Shown here piece by piece: positions 55,436 through 64,000 of a stretch of DNA of 64,000 bases. Each line of letters opens with the position of its first letter. Position 1 is the first letter of the stretch. The translations under genes and the position numbers were made by a program. This DNA comes from Candidatus Bathyarchaeota archaeon (GTDB taxonomy: Archaea > Thermoproteota > Bathyarchaeia > Bathyarchaeales > Bathycorpusculaceae): contig JASFPN010000004.1 in NCBI GenBank assembly GCA_050115965.1, forward strand, positions 8,544 through 72,543, given 5' to 3'. The notes below the pieces were generated by a model that was not told the origin of the DNA, made no database searches, and saw nothing but the letters and a program-made list of their open reading frames with translations.

Positions 55436-57256
55436 TTAGAGAATTATTGAAAGGAATATCAGAACTAGCCCATTTACAGTAAAGATTGGTACTGTGATTT
55501 TCTTAGCCTTTTGAATCGTTCTTTCGACCAAGAGGCATAATGTTTCTAGTTTATTTGCACCAATAACTTTGACATTAGAGATTGTTATCTTTCTTGTTGT
55601 AGTCTTTGCTGGTTTCAAGTCAGAAATCGCTGAAATGGTTGCTTCCCTTATGTAGGAAATTAATCGTTCATGGTCTATTGCATCACCTATTGGGTGGTAA
55701 CCACGGTTATCGAGTATTAAGGCGCTTACTGAGTGAGTATCGGTTGTGAAAATTTCAGCAGCATCCAATCCAGTAGTTTGGATAGATGAAATTATCTTTT
55801 CGCGTAGTCCAGAAACCATGTTGTTACCATCAATTGTCACATAGGCAGTTTTATGTTCACCTACTTTGATTACGATTACAGTGATGCCTCCTTGCCCCAT
55901 GCCATCTTTCAAGGTAAACTCCTTGGGCTTAACGGACTTCGCCCCAATTTCAAACGATTTTCGTTTTAATAAAGAAGCTTTCTTCATACAATCAGTTGCT
56001 GCAGCCTTCATAGCGCTTAAAGCAGCCTCTGCAGGTACCTCTCCATCAATGCTATTATGAGCATTTACGACTGGACATTGAGAAAAACCATATTTCTCAG
56101 CCTCTTTTTGAGCGTGAAAACCAATTTCGTTCGAAAGATCCTCTGTGGTATTAGGAGCTAGAGTAAAGGAAAAAAATGCTGCTTTTCCAATGATCTGACA
56201 GCAAGCTGTCGCTGGACCGCTAGAGGTCTTCACTAAGGATGTTGCATAAACTTCAGAAGTCTTCATGTTAGCATGTTTGATGATCTGGTTGATGATCTTG
56301 TAGTTTTGTTTCTGAGACGTAAGATCAAGCTCGTGACCTAGTAAGCCATGAGGAACGCACGCAAGGCCATCCACATTCATTTCAAGAGAAGATTTGATCA
56401 TTGAAGGTAGAAGGCTGCTTCCCACATTCTTAAAGGGGCCTGGATGGATGTCAGGAATGACAATAAAGGATATGGTTGACGAGGAGCTGAATTTGATCAG
56501 CCAGACGTCTACATCTTTGGTTTCACCTAGCTTCTCAAGAAGATTCTCAAATGGATCATTTAATCCCACTATCCAGTTAAGTAAGAAAGCTTTTAAGAAG
56601 TATAAAGAAGGTATTCCAAGTTTCTGATTCCCCATACGGTTTATTTGATAAATGAAAAATGAACTGGATAAGACACCAACAATAGCTGAAAGGATCAGGA
56701 ATAGATACATGTTTACTGTAACGTTATAATTCAACCGTGTCCATAATATTAGAAAGGGAACAAGGCCAGAGATTGGTTGTAATAGAGAGCTAAACAGAAG
56801 ATTGGAAAAGTTATCAGATGATGTTGAGTGGAGCACTATCATACGAAACGTCACTACGGCTGAGGAACCAAAAAGAATAAGTTTGATCCACCAAATTGGA
56901 GCGAAACTTATAGCAAACACCACTCCTAAAATGATAAAAAAAAGCCATAAGGCCCAAGAAAAAAGAGAGAGGGCAATCATCCTCCTGAAATTATAAACGG
57001 GATCCTCTCTTAAAATTAATTTTTTTGTGATTTGATCAACAATTAGGTTCAGCGAGAATGAAGATAGCCCCATCAGTAGTCCGTACACAATGATAGATGA
57101 GACTGGAAGAAAAGGAATCATGGAGAGGACTGCTGCAATTGTGCAGAGGCACATAAGGAATGAAAGTAGTTTTCCACGAGATGGAAGGCCAAAAAGGGAT
57201 GAATATCGATCAACCATTTTGTCCATTGAATGGTTTAACGAGTTGTCAATAGTCAC
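55436..57256 (-). CDS. DUF2070-like archaeal membrane protein with large soluble His-rich domain
   Basis: About 7 N-terminal TM helices, a roughly 330-aa soluble region (HPGPF, PHGLLGHE, NAHNS, TTDTHS) and a C-terminal TM helix. The family assignment is from memory. Confidence 0.45.
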   Translation of the reverse strand: MTIDNSLNHSMDKMVDRYSSLFGLPSRGKLLSFLMCLCTIAAVLSMIPFLPVSSIIVYGLLMGLSSFSLNLIVDQITKKLILREDPVYNFRRMIALSLFSWALWLFFIILGVVFAISFAPIWWIKLILFGSSAVVTFRMIVLHSTSSDNFSNLLFSSLLQPISGLVPFLILWTRLNYNVTVNMYLFLILSAIVGVLSSSFFIYQINRMGNQKLGIPSLYFLKAFLLNWIVGLNDPFENLLEKLGETKDVDVWLIKFSSSSTISFIVIPDIHPGPFKNVGSSLLPSMIKSSLEMNVDGLACVPHGLLGHELDLTSQKQNYKIINQIIKHANMKTSEVYATSLVKTSSGPATACCQIIGKAAFFSFTLAPNTTEDLSNEIGFHAQKEAEKYGFSQCPVVNAHNSIDGEVPAEAALSAMKAAATDCMKKASLLKRKSFEIGAKSVKPKEFTLKDGMGQGGITVIVIKVGEHKTAYVTIDGNNMVSGLREKIISSIQTTGLDAAEIFTTDTHSVSALILDNRGYHPIGDAIDHERLISYIREATISAISDLKPAKTTTRKITISNVKVIGANKLETLCLLVERTIQKAKKITVPIFTVNGLVLIFLSIIL

Positions 57257-57489
57257 TTACACCATCTCGAAGATACCTTATGAGGAAAGCTATTCATATT
57301 AAATTATCGAAGACAACAACTTGTAATGATTTTTTAAAAGTTGTCGTATCAAGTGGTCTTAAGGTTCAATAAACACTGATAATGTGAAAACTGCTGCAAT
57401 TATATAGCATAGTATAATCACAAAATCTGATGTTTCTTTGAAAGAGGAAGTGTTTTATTCTTAAACTTCGATTTAAGGTTGCAGGCAAA

Positions 57490-57762
57490 ATGCCAGAACA
57501 AAATCTTCCTCCCACGATATTTCATATGCTTGAGAGAAACCTGGGTAAGAATGTTAGGGTAATTCTGGATTCTGACTATGGTTTTGAAGGAAAATTAATG
57601 GCTGTTACTCGTGAACCATCGGGGGTATGGCTTTCGGAAGCTGATGCTGTCATAATGCGTGCAACAATAGCCCAACCCATACCTCAAGTCACAAGTAGAG
57701 AAGATAGAAGTGAGATCTTCGTACACCTAAATTCTGTTCAGCGATTGGAAGTGTTACATTAA
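57490..57762 (+). CDS. Sm-like (LSm) fold protein, tentative
   Basis: LERNLGKNVRVILDSDYGFEGKLMAV is Sm1-like, and EIFVHLNSVQRLEVL is Sm2-like. Weak. Confidence 0.35.
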   Translation: MPEQNLPPTIFHMLERNLGKNVRVILDSDYGFEGKLMAVTREPSGVWLSEADAVIMRATIAQPIPQVTSREDRSEIFVHLNSVQRLEVLH

Positions 57763-57799
57763 CACGTATTGATTTGAGTCATGAGCATAAATTACCAAA

Positions 57800-57964
57800 T
57801 TAAAAGAATACGTGTGCCAAAACACACACAATTATTAGTGCCACTGCAAAGCCAACTAAAATCTCAGGTCTTACTTTTACACCTTCAGTCTCTTCTTCAA
57901 AAAATCTGAGTAGTCCTGCACTCGCAGCCGGCATTGGTGCATCACTCCTTTTTCTTTTACTCAT
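57800..57964 (-). CDS. sec61b: Preprotein translocase subunit Sec61beta (archaeal SecG)
   Basis: Hand translation of the minus strand gives MSKRKRSDAPMPAASAGLLRFFEEETEGVKVRPEILVGFAVALIIVCVLAHVFF* (54 aa, below the ORF-track cutoff). The SAGL(I/L)R(Y/F)..E motif plus a C-terminal TM helix is the Sec61beta signature. Confidence 0.7.
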   Translation of the reverse strand: MSKRKRSDAPMPAASAGLLRFFEEETEGVKVRPEILVGFAVALIIVCVLAHVFF

Positions 57965-58074
57965 TCACGAAACCTTGTTGTTTATTGACAAACCTTCTTT
58001 TACTTTTATGGTGATTATTAATCTTTACTCTTCTTCAAAGGATTTTTATGGACGTTCAATGAATAGTGGATTAA

Positions 58075-59409
58075 ATGAGAAAAGTGTTGACGATGACCAA
58101 GCCTCAAGATGAATACAATTATGTGTTTGATCTTCTGAAGCAGCATCATAAATGGTTTCAGGAATGTATTCCGCTAATAGCTAGTGAAAATATACCTAGC
58201 CCTGCAGTACGTGAAGCGTTAATAACGGATTTTGGAAATCGATATGCCGAAGGTTGGCCGGGAGACCGCGTTTATGCTGGCTGTCGGTTCATAGATCAGG
58301 TTGAGTTCAAATGCATTGAACTCATGAAACGCCTTTTCAAGGCGGAGTTCGTAGATGTAAGGCCAATTTCAGGAGTTGTTTCTAACCTAGTAATCTATAC
58401 AGCGTTTACTGAACCGGGGGACACGATGATGGCGCTTTCAATACCTGCTGGTGGACACATTTCGATGGGAAAAAAGAGGTTAGGAGGTACCGCAGGTGCT
58501 GTTCATGGCTTGAACGTTGAATATTTACCCTTGGATTATGAAGAGCTGAATATTGATGTTGATCGCACAAAAAAAAGGGTTAATAAAATCATAAAAAAAG
58601 GCGTAGTACCAAAACTTGTAATGTTCGGTGCTAGTGTTTTTCCATTTCCTCATCCCGTTAAAGAATTGGAAGATTTTTTTCATTCACTCGACATTACAAT
58701 AGGTTATGATGCTGCTCACGTTGCTGGGTTGATTGCTGGTGGTCAATTCCAGGATCCGCTAAGGGAGGGGGCTGATGTTGTCAGTTTAAGTACGCATAAA
58801 ACATTTTTTGGGCCTCAACATGGTGGGTTGCTTTCGTGGGAAAAGAATGCGGAACAGATTAAGCGTGCAACCTTCCCTGGAATGGTGAGCAATCATCACC
58901 TTCATGCCGTGGCAGGATTAACAATTGCGTGCGCAGAATTAATTGAATTTGGAAAGAGTTATGCAGCTCAGGTTGTGAAGAACGCCAAAGCCTTAAGTCA
59001 AGCTCTTTATGAAAGAGGATTCAATGTTCTGGCTGAACACAAAGGTTTTACGGAGTCCCATGTTTTCCTTGTGGACATAACAAAACATGGTGATGGCGGG
59101 GGTATAGAAAAGGTCTTAGAAAAGACAAACATAATAATAAACAGAAATTTATTGCCATGGGATATTAAGGAAGGTAGGCATTTCACTCACCCAGGCGGTA
59201 TAAGACTTGGTGTTTCAGAGATTACCAGGCTAGGTATGAAAGAAGGTGAAATGAACGAAATAGCAGAATTTATCAAGAGAGTCGTACTTGGTAAAGAATC
59301 ACCAAAAAAAGTAAAGGAAGATGTTGTAAAATTTCGAATGGAACACCGCACTGTACAATATTGTTTTGAAAGTTCAACTGCTGCCTATAAATACCTGAAG
59401 ATTCGGTGA
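58075..59409 (+). CDS. glyA: Serine hydroxymethyltransferase
   Basis: ASENIPSP, GNRYAEGWPGDRVYAGC, PAGGHISMG, PLP-Lys STHKTFFGPQHGG. 444 aa. Confidence 0.85.
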   Translation: MRKVLTMTKPQDEYNYVFDLLKQHHKWFQECIPLIASENIPSPAVREALITDFGNRYAEGWPGDRVYAGCRFIDQVEFKCIELMKRLFKAEFVDVRPISGVVSNLVIYTAFTEPGDTMMALSIPAGGHISMGKKRLGGTAGAVHGLNVEYLPLDYEELNIDVDRTKKRVNKIIKKGVVPKLVMFGASVFPFPHPVKELEDFFHSLDITIGYDAAHVAGLIAGGQFQDPLREGADVVSLSTHKTFFGPQHGGLLSWEKNAEQIKRATFPGMVSNHHLHAVAGLTIACAELIEFGKSYAAQVVKNAKALSQALYERGFNVLAEHKGFTESHVFLVDITKHGDGGGIEKVLEKTNIIINRNLLPWDIKEGRHFTHPGGIRLGVSEITRLGMKEGEMNEIAEFIKRVVLGKESPKKVKEDVVKFRMEHRTVQYCFESSTAAYKYLKIR

Positions 59410-59520
59410 TTAGTTTTAATATAAAGAAAGTAAGTGCAATCAGCAGCCATAAACTTAAAACTAACATAATATGTTTGAAAGCCAGCTTCGATTAATCACG
59501 GTAGATAGAAATCGTGGGAA

Positions 59521-59823
59521 GTGGAAGGAGTGCATATCCATGAATTTCAAAGGATGATGTGGAGAATATATTTTCACAGAGATAACAAACGGGGGGTTGA
59601 AGGTACGATAAATTGGCTACTCGAAGAATTAATGGAACTGAAGAAAGCTTTAGAACTTGGTGATCAAGAAGCTGTGGAAAACGAGTTTGCAGATGTGATG
59701 GCTTGGTTATCCTCACTTGCAAATCTTACAGGGGTAAATCTGGAAAATTCAGTTTTAAAAAAATATAATGGCAAATGTCCGAAATGCGGAAAAACACCAT
59801 GTCAATGCAACTTTCAATTCTAA
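59521..59823 (+). CDS. MazG-like nucleotide pyrophosphohydrolase with C-terminal Cys knuckle
   Basis: LLEELMELKKA and ENEFADVMAWLSSLAN (EExxE...D helices). C-terminal CPKCGKTPCQC. The start is ambiguous (GTG 59521, GTG 59530 or ATG 59554). Confidence 0.65.
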   Translation: MEGVHIHEFQRMMWRIYFHRDNKRGVEGTINWLLEELMELKKALELGDQEAVENEFADVMAWLSSLANLTGVNLENSVLKKYNGKCPKCGKTPCQCNFQF

Positions 59824-59869
59824 CGCCTACTTTTAGTACTTATCTCCAGTCTTAATAGTAATCTGAGGT

Positions 59870-60136
59870 CTACTGGTGTAACCTTTTTTGGCCAAATCCA
59901 GTGAGTACCCACACAGATGGTCTTTTCCCTTTTTTCTGGACTATGCCTTGGGACTTAAGAAGCCTTAGATGGTATAATGAAACTTTATAGGTTAGTCCTG
60001 TTTTTTCTGCCATTTTTTTAGCATTAAGTGGTTCTTTCTCAATTGCATTTAAAATAATTGATCTTGTTCTTAAACCTGGTCGAATATTCCTGAAATCAAC
60101 AAGGTAAGCATTAGGATGATAAAATTCCTTATCCAT
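59870..60136 (-). CDS. Small winged-helix (ArsR-like) DNA-binding protein
   Basis: RSIILNAIEKEPLNAKKMAEKTGLTYKVSLYHLRLLKSQGIVQKKG. ATG 60136 has an A/T-rich TATA-like element about 45 nt upstream. The listed ORF extends to GTG 60196. Confidence 0.6.
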   Translation of the reverse strand: MDKEFYHPNAYLVDFRNIRPGLRTRSIILNAIEKEPLNAKKMAEKTGLTYKVSLYHLRLLKSQGIVQKKGKRPSVWVLTGFGQKRLHQ

Positions 60137-60199
60137 GTTGAACACAGGTAATACACCATTATGTGAAATAAGGCAAAATATGTAAAAAAGCTTCACGGT

Positions 60200-63100
60200 C
60201 TATGCAAAATCAACTAAACTTATCTGTTTTGGTTTTTTACCTTCAAATAGGGTGGAGATCTCTTTTTTTACGAGCATGATCCTTTCGGCATAGTATTGAT
60301 GTAATTCATATTCTTTGATTAGTTTTTGTGCTGCATCCAAGTATTTTTCTATTCCCCCACGATACACTGTCAAGGTTAGTTGGCCTCCGCATCCTGTACA
60401 TTCTCCTTGAAGAGGTAAACGCCGAAAACTTCTATTGCATCTTTTGCATCTGAATTTTTGTGTAGAAAAAGCTCGAAGGTTGCCCACAATGTCTCGAATG
60501 AAGTGAGTCGTTAACACTTTGGTTGCAACCTCCCGGACATCAACAGCGGAGATCTTCTCAACCAGGTCAAGCTGATTTTCAAGTTTTTGTACCATTGTTT
60601 TAAGGGTTTTATAGGAATTCTTCGAATTGCCAATTTTGATATTTGAAACAGGTGTTGTATACCCAAATCCTTCATATTGTCCAGAAGTCCCAAGTCTGTA
60701 GTCAATTAGATCCATAAAAGTGCTGACATTCTTTGGGGCAACGTTGTCTTTGGTCTCTTCGTAGAATTCGATAGGATACTTGGAAGTGACATCAAAATCA
60801 TGAGCCTGTCTTTGGACTTCTTCTGAGTTTACTGACGCAATCAGAAGTAGGGGAGCATCCATTATTCCACCAATTTGAGCAGGTAAATATTTGCGAGAGA
60901 AATTGAGCAGGGCGTCCAAAGTAATTATTAATGCATCCTCATCACCGTCGCAATCTCTTCTTTTAGCTGAATGCCAAATAGGATGAGCATAACATACTTT
61001 ATGATTTGTGAAGCCTAAAATACGCCCCAGTATTCCTACAGAAGTATGTGGGGCTAGACCTATGATTAAATGCCCTAGAAGATCTTCTTGAGTTTTTATT
61101 TGATAATACGGAGGAAGATCATAAACTTTCACCAGAAGCTTATCGATAAAACTAGTAACCCTAAGAAAATATTCAGCACATTCTTTTGGAACGATTACAT
61201 CTTGTATTTTTAATTCACAAACTTGTTTTTCATCGTTTAACGGTTCTCCATTGATGTCCAAAGGGTATCCAAGTTCATAGAGTTTTTCAGGTGAAAGCCC
61301 AATTTCACAGGGCTTAAAATGGGTCAATGGAGCGTTAGTAGCATCAAATCGAATTGTACCATCCTTATAGACTGAAAGATCATATTTTGTTCGCAAAATT
61401 CCTTTCTCAAGAACCTCCGGAATTTTGGATTCGTTTATTAGGCCTTTCACGCCCTTCAAAATTTTTGGGGGAAGTACTTCTAGCTGACTACATGAACTGT
61501 TTAGAAGCTCTTTTAAATTAACTACTTGTCTCTGATATGATTTAGCTGAAACATTGCATGTTTGACAAAAATCTACTTTTAATTTTCTTCCACATCTAGG
61601 ACAGGATTTTTCCACAATTGTTTCGACACCACATTTCGGGCAGAACATCATGAAGGAGTATTCTTCACAGACCTGACACTTACGTCTGGTGGCTTCAATA
61701 ACGACGTGATTATGCTTAGCTGCTTTAACAATATTTCTATGCGGTCCACCAGCCAACCCCACTGGGAATAGTGCATGAACTAGAGGCTTCATCTCACGTC
61801 TTGCTGCTTTCTCAGGTCGCCCCATTCGGGCACCCACATAGGTAGGAGCCTTCTCTTTAATTACAAGTCCTGAAAGGTTTTCGAGGGATTCTAAAACTGT
61901 TCCCGTGAAAACTGAAGTTGTTTCTGGGGATTTATATCCAAGAGAAAATGCAAAAGCATGTGCTTCTTCTCCACTAATAACAATTTTTTCATCAATAATT
62001 CTATGGGGTAAGCAGATTGTTTCTAAACATGTTTTAATATTTGAGTTCATGTTTCCAACTATTCTCTTGATGATTCCGTCCTCAGTCAATCGCTCTGCCT
62101 TGAACAACCATTTCCTCAATGAGACAACGTCGTCTGATGATGCGAGATGAGACCAAAACGGGGTTAAAGAAGGGTGAAGTGGGATTTTTAGAGTTGATGA
62201 AACTAGAATTGCTTCGCTGATATTTGGTTTATCTGAAAATGGGTGGTTTAAAAGGCTCCTTAATTTATGTGCTTGAATTTTCAAGTCTTTTGCTGCACGA
62301 TTTAAATCTCCATCAAACTGCTCAGATATTGCGTTCTTTAGATCCTCAACCCACCATTCTTCAACATATCCGGAAGGTTTCAAGCATTCACTGTTATATA
62401 AAAAATCCCCGAAACTTATCAAAATATCTCCAAGAAACAGGATTTTTTCAATTTTATCCTTTATTTGATCAAGGTTCTTTTCTGTAACTCGTTTTACTGA
62501 ACCATCTTTTAATTTAATGATCGGAGGTTCTATAGTATCGACTGGCGTTACGATACCACCTTTTCCAGGAAATTGCAGCTTTAATTGTGTGCCAACAGCT
62601 ATGAAACCTCCAAGTATCTTCATCGTTACTGGATGAACACCCACGGCCGCTAATCCCGTATTTCTTGATCTGCCATATCTCAGGCGAAATCCTCCTCTTT
62701 GGGACGGGAACGAAAATACTGGACGACCAGCAATGACATCCTTCATAAATCCAGCTGACTTTTGCTTCTTGGACATTTCAGGAATCTCTTTAAGCCAGTT
62801 CCAACCTTGAATCTGCAGTTTTTCAATAATTGCCCATACTTTTGAGGAGCGTCCAATGATTCCATCGTTAACAACTCGTAGAGCGCCACCTCTGATACGG
62901 TTTGTCTCGATTCTAGGAAGATTTCGAAATATTGTTACTTCTACAGGATCCGATTCAGTACCTGTAACCTCAACGGGAAGCCAGTTCAATGTTCTCTTCA
63001 ATTCTTCATCAGAGACATAATATTGGAAGCGGTTCACGGAGCGCTCGTAGAGTCTTACTTCCTCGATGAACCTAGCAATTTCCTTTTCCGTGGGTTTATA

Positions 63101-63604
63101 ACGATCAAGTCCAATGAGTTTACGCACAAAGTCTCCGATTACAAGCGTTAACGCCTGATCTGTTCCGCCAGCTGAACGTATGGGTCCTGCAAAATAGATT
63201 GCCAGATATTTGGTACGATCCTTGTTATTCTTTATTCTTACCTTGGCTACACCCTGTAGGGGGGCAGCAGTAAGTCCTTCCGTGAGAATTGCTAAGGATG
63301 TACGAACAGCCTGTTCAGCTGCTTTCTCAGCTTCCAGGTGTCCAAACTTGCCATAAATTATCTCTTCAGCAATTTTAAACGCCAATTCTTCCCTTGGAAG
63401 TTTGGTGCTTAGATCCCTAATACTATCTGCAACTCCTTCAGGTCCTACGAGACCTTCTACTAGATCGGCAAGATCTCTAGCTAAATTACACTCTACTTTC
63501 CGTGTTGGATCAAGTCCCTTTTCACGCGCCTTCTCTGATAGCTTGTATAGTTGGGCTAGTTGCGTTTCTAGGTTCATAATATATTGCGCGTAAGTTTCAC
63601 TCAT
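60200..63604 (-). CDS. polC: DNA polymerase II (PolD) large subunit DP2
   Basis: About 1134 aa. Cys clusters CQVCEE...CPKCG...CPRCG, LAPHTSVGILGR, the acidic motif RRDCDGDEDA, and a C-terminal CKRCN...CTGCGG. No intein. The ORF opens at TTG 63613; the first ATG is at 63604. Confidence 0.95.
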   Translation of the reverse strand: MSETYAQYIMNLETQLAQLYKLSEKAREKGLDPTRKVECNLARDLADLVEGLVGPEGVADSIRDLSTKLPREELAFKIAEEIIYGKFGHLEAEKAAEQAVRTSLAILTEGLTAAPLQGVAKVRIKNNKDRTKYLAIYFAGPIRSAGGTDQALTLVIGDFVRKLIGLDRYKPTEKEIARFIEEVRLYERSVNRFQYYVSDEELKRTLNWLPVEVTGTESDPVEVTIFRNLPRIETNRIRGGALRVVNDGIIGRSSKVWAIIEKLQIQGWNWLKEIPEMSKKQKSAGFMKDVIAGRPVFSFPSQRGGFRLRYGRSRNTGLAAVGVHPVTMKILGGFIAVGTQLKLQFPGKGGIVTPVDTIEPPIIKLKDGSVKRVTEKNLDQIKDKIEKILFLGDILISFGDFLYNSECLKPSGYVEEWWVEDLKNAISEQFDGDLNRAAKDLKIQAHKLRSLLNHPFSDKPNISEAILVSSTLKIPLHPSLTPFWSHLASSDDVVSLRKWLFKAERLTEDGIIKRIVGNMNSNIKTCLETICLPHRIIDEKIVISGEEAHAFAFSLGYKSPETTSVFTGTVLESLENLSGLVIKEKAPTYVGARMGRPEKAARREMKPLVHALFPVGLAGGPHRNIVKAAKHNHVVIEATRRKCQVCEEYSFMMFCPKCGVETIVEKSCPRCGRKLKVDFCQTCNVSAKSYQRQVVNLKELLNSSCSQLEVLPPKILKGVKGLINESKIPEVLEKGILRTKYDLSVYKDGTIRFDATNAPLTHFKPCEIGLSPEKLYELGYPLDINGEPLNDEKQVCELKIQDVIVPKECAEYFLRVTSFIDKLLVKVYDLPPYYQIKTQEDLLGHLIIGLAPHTSVGILGRILGFTNHKVCYAHPIWHSAKRRDCDGDEDALIITLDALLNFSRKYLPAQIGGIMDAPLLLIASVNSEEVQRQAHDFDVTSKYPIEFYEETKDNVAPKNVSTFMDLIDYRLGTSGQYEGFGYTTPVSNIKIGNSKNSYKTLKTMVQKLENQLDLVEKISAVDVREVATKVLTTHFIRDIVGNLRAFSTQKFRCKRCNRSFRRLPLQGECTGCGGQLTLTVYRGGIEKYLDAAQKLIKEYELHQYYAERIMLVKKEISTLFEGKKPKQISLVDFA

Positions 63605-63777
63605 ATTTTTCAAGTAATGACTCCACGTTTTTGTGACAGTTAACGGCTATTTTAGCTTGCGAACATAAATTAGTAAAAAAAGTTGTTAACCTAACGTTAC
63701 TGTACAAACAAACGTAGAAAGTCCATGGAAACTTGTCATCAATTTTATTGGTACAAAATCATACCTAGCAAAAAGTG

Positions 63778-64000
63778 CTATTTTCGATATTCCTTTATAC
63801 TTTTGATAATTTTTGATACTTTATCAAAGTACCCTTTACTTTCAACAACATTTCCGGTAACAATTACATCAGCCCCTGCAGAAGCTGCATTTTGGGCCTG
63901 TTTACTGGATTTTATACCGCCACCAACAATTAAGGGAACATCTATTGAATTGTTCACCATATGAATCATCTCTGAAGGAATAGGGATTTTTGCACCAGAA
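63778..64000 (-). CDS. Geranylgeranylglyceryl phosphate synthase (PcrB family), C-terminal part; 5' end outside window
   Basis: The frame is open to the window edge: ...SGAKIPIPSEMIHMVNNSIDVPLIVGGGIKSSKQAQNAASAGADVIVTGNVVE. Confidence 0.8.
   Translation of the reverse strand, partial: SGAKIPIPSEMIHMVNNSIDVPLIVGGGIKSSKQAQNAASAGADVIVTGNVVESKGYFDKVSKIIKSIKEYRK

Noticed and set aside
1-64000. Searched by eye for tRNA/rRNA genes, CRISPR arrays, transposases/integrases and known defence genes.
   Set aside because: No spacer exceeds about 310 nt, and all spacers are A/T-rich with no G+C-rich structured segment. No T-loop-like GGTTC(A/G)AATCC was seen. There is no regularly spaced repeat array and no ORF with recombinase, Cas or restriction-type motifs. 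This is visual inspection only; tRNAscan, Infernal and a repeat finder should confirm it.

Overview
This is an AT-rich archaeal chromosomal window. It is almost fully coding (about 73 genes) and mostly made of conserved information-processing genes. Replication: rfcS-rfcL, Gins23-like-MCM, PriS-Gins51, PCNA-PriL and the PolD large subunit. Transcription: RNAP subunits P, L and F plus TFS. Translation and secretion: L44e-S27e-aIF2alpha-Nop10-PAC2, L10e, L21e, aIF5A next to deoxyhypusine synthase, Dph2, SRP54, and a Sec61beta gene below the ORF-track cutoff. RNA modification and processing: Taw1, a Trm5/Taw2-like enzyme, Trm112-like, KsgA, Mtq2/HemK-like, METTL5-like, Pus10, Csl4 and Nob1. Metabolism: glutamate dehydrogenase, PEP synthase, a porGDAB-type 2-oxoacid:ferredoxin oxidoreductase, a class III aminotransferase and two SHMT paralogues. 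There are two cell-envelope regions. The first (1-10081) holds nucleotide-sugar genes, a roughly 32-sequon surface glycoprotein, a GT2 and a methyltransferase. The second (26726-32019) holds an archaeosortase, a GT4, DUF2079 and a Dol-P-sugar synthase, and it sits between the two primase operons. I found no rRNA, tRNA, CRISPR array, transposase, integrase or recognisable defence system, and nothing I can defend as a clearly new system. The best leads are: (a) a tight translin-EndoV-HD-OB(tRNA-binding) gene string; (b) a UDP-sugar-dehydrogenase homologue that seems to lack its catalytic residues and is translationally coupled to an oxidoreductase; (c) the archaeosortase island with a possible non-canonical substrate; (d) a short SHMT paralogue with active-site substitutions; (e) a Mini-III-like RNase III domain protein; and (f) a cysteine-rich orphan. 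All motif comparisons are from memory, without alignments or searches. The lineage cannot be fixed from this window. PolD together with Gins23-MCM and PriS-Gins51 synteny suggests a non-crenarchaeal TACK-like or related archaeon, but that is inference.
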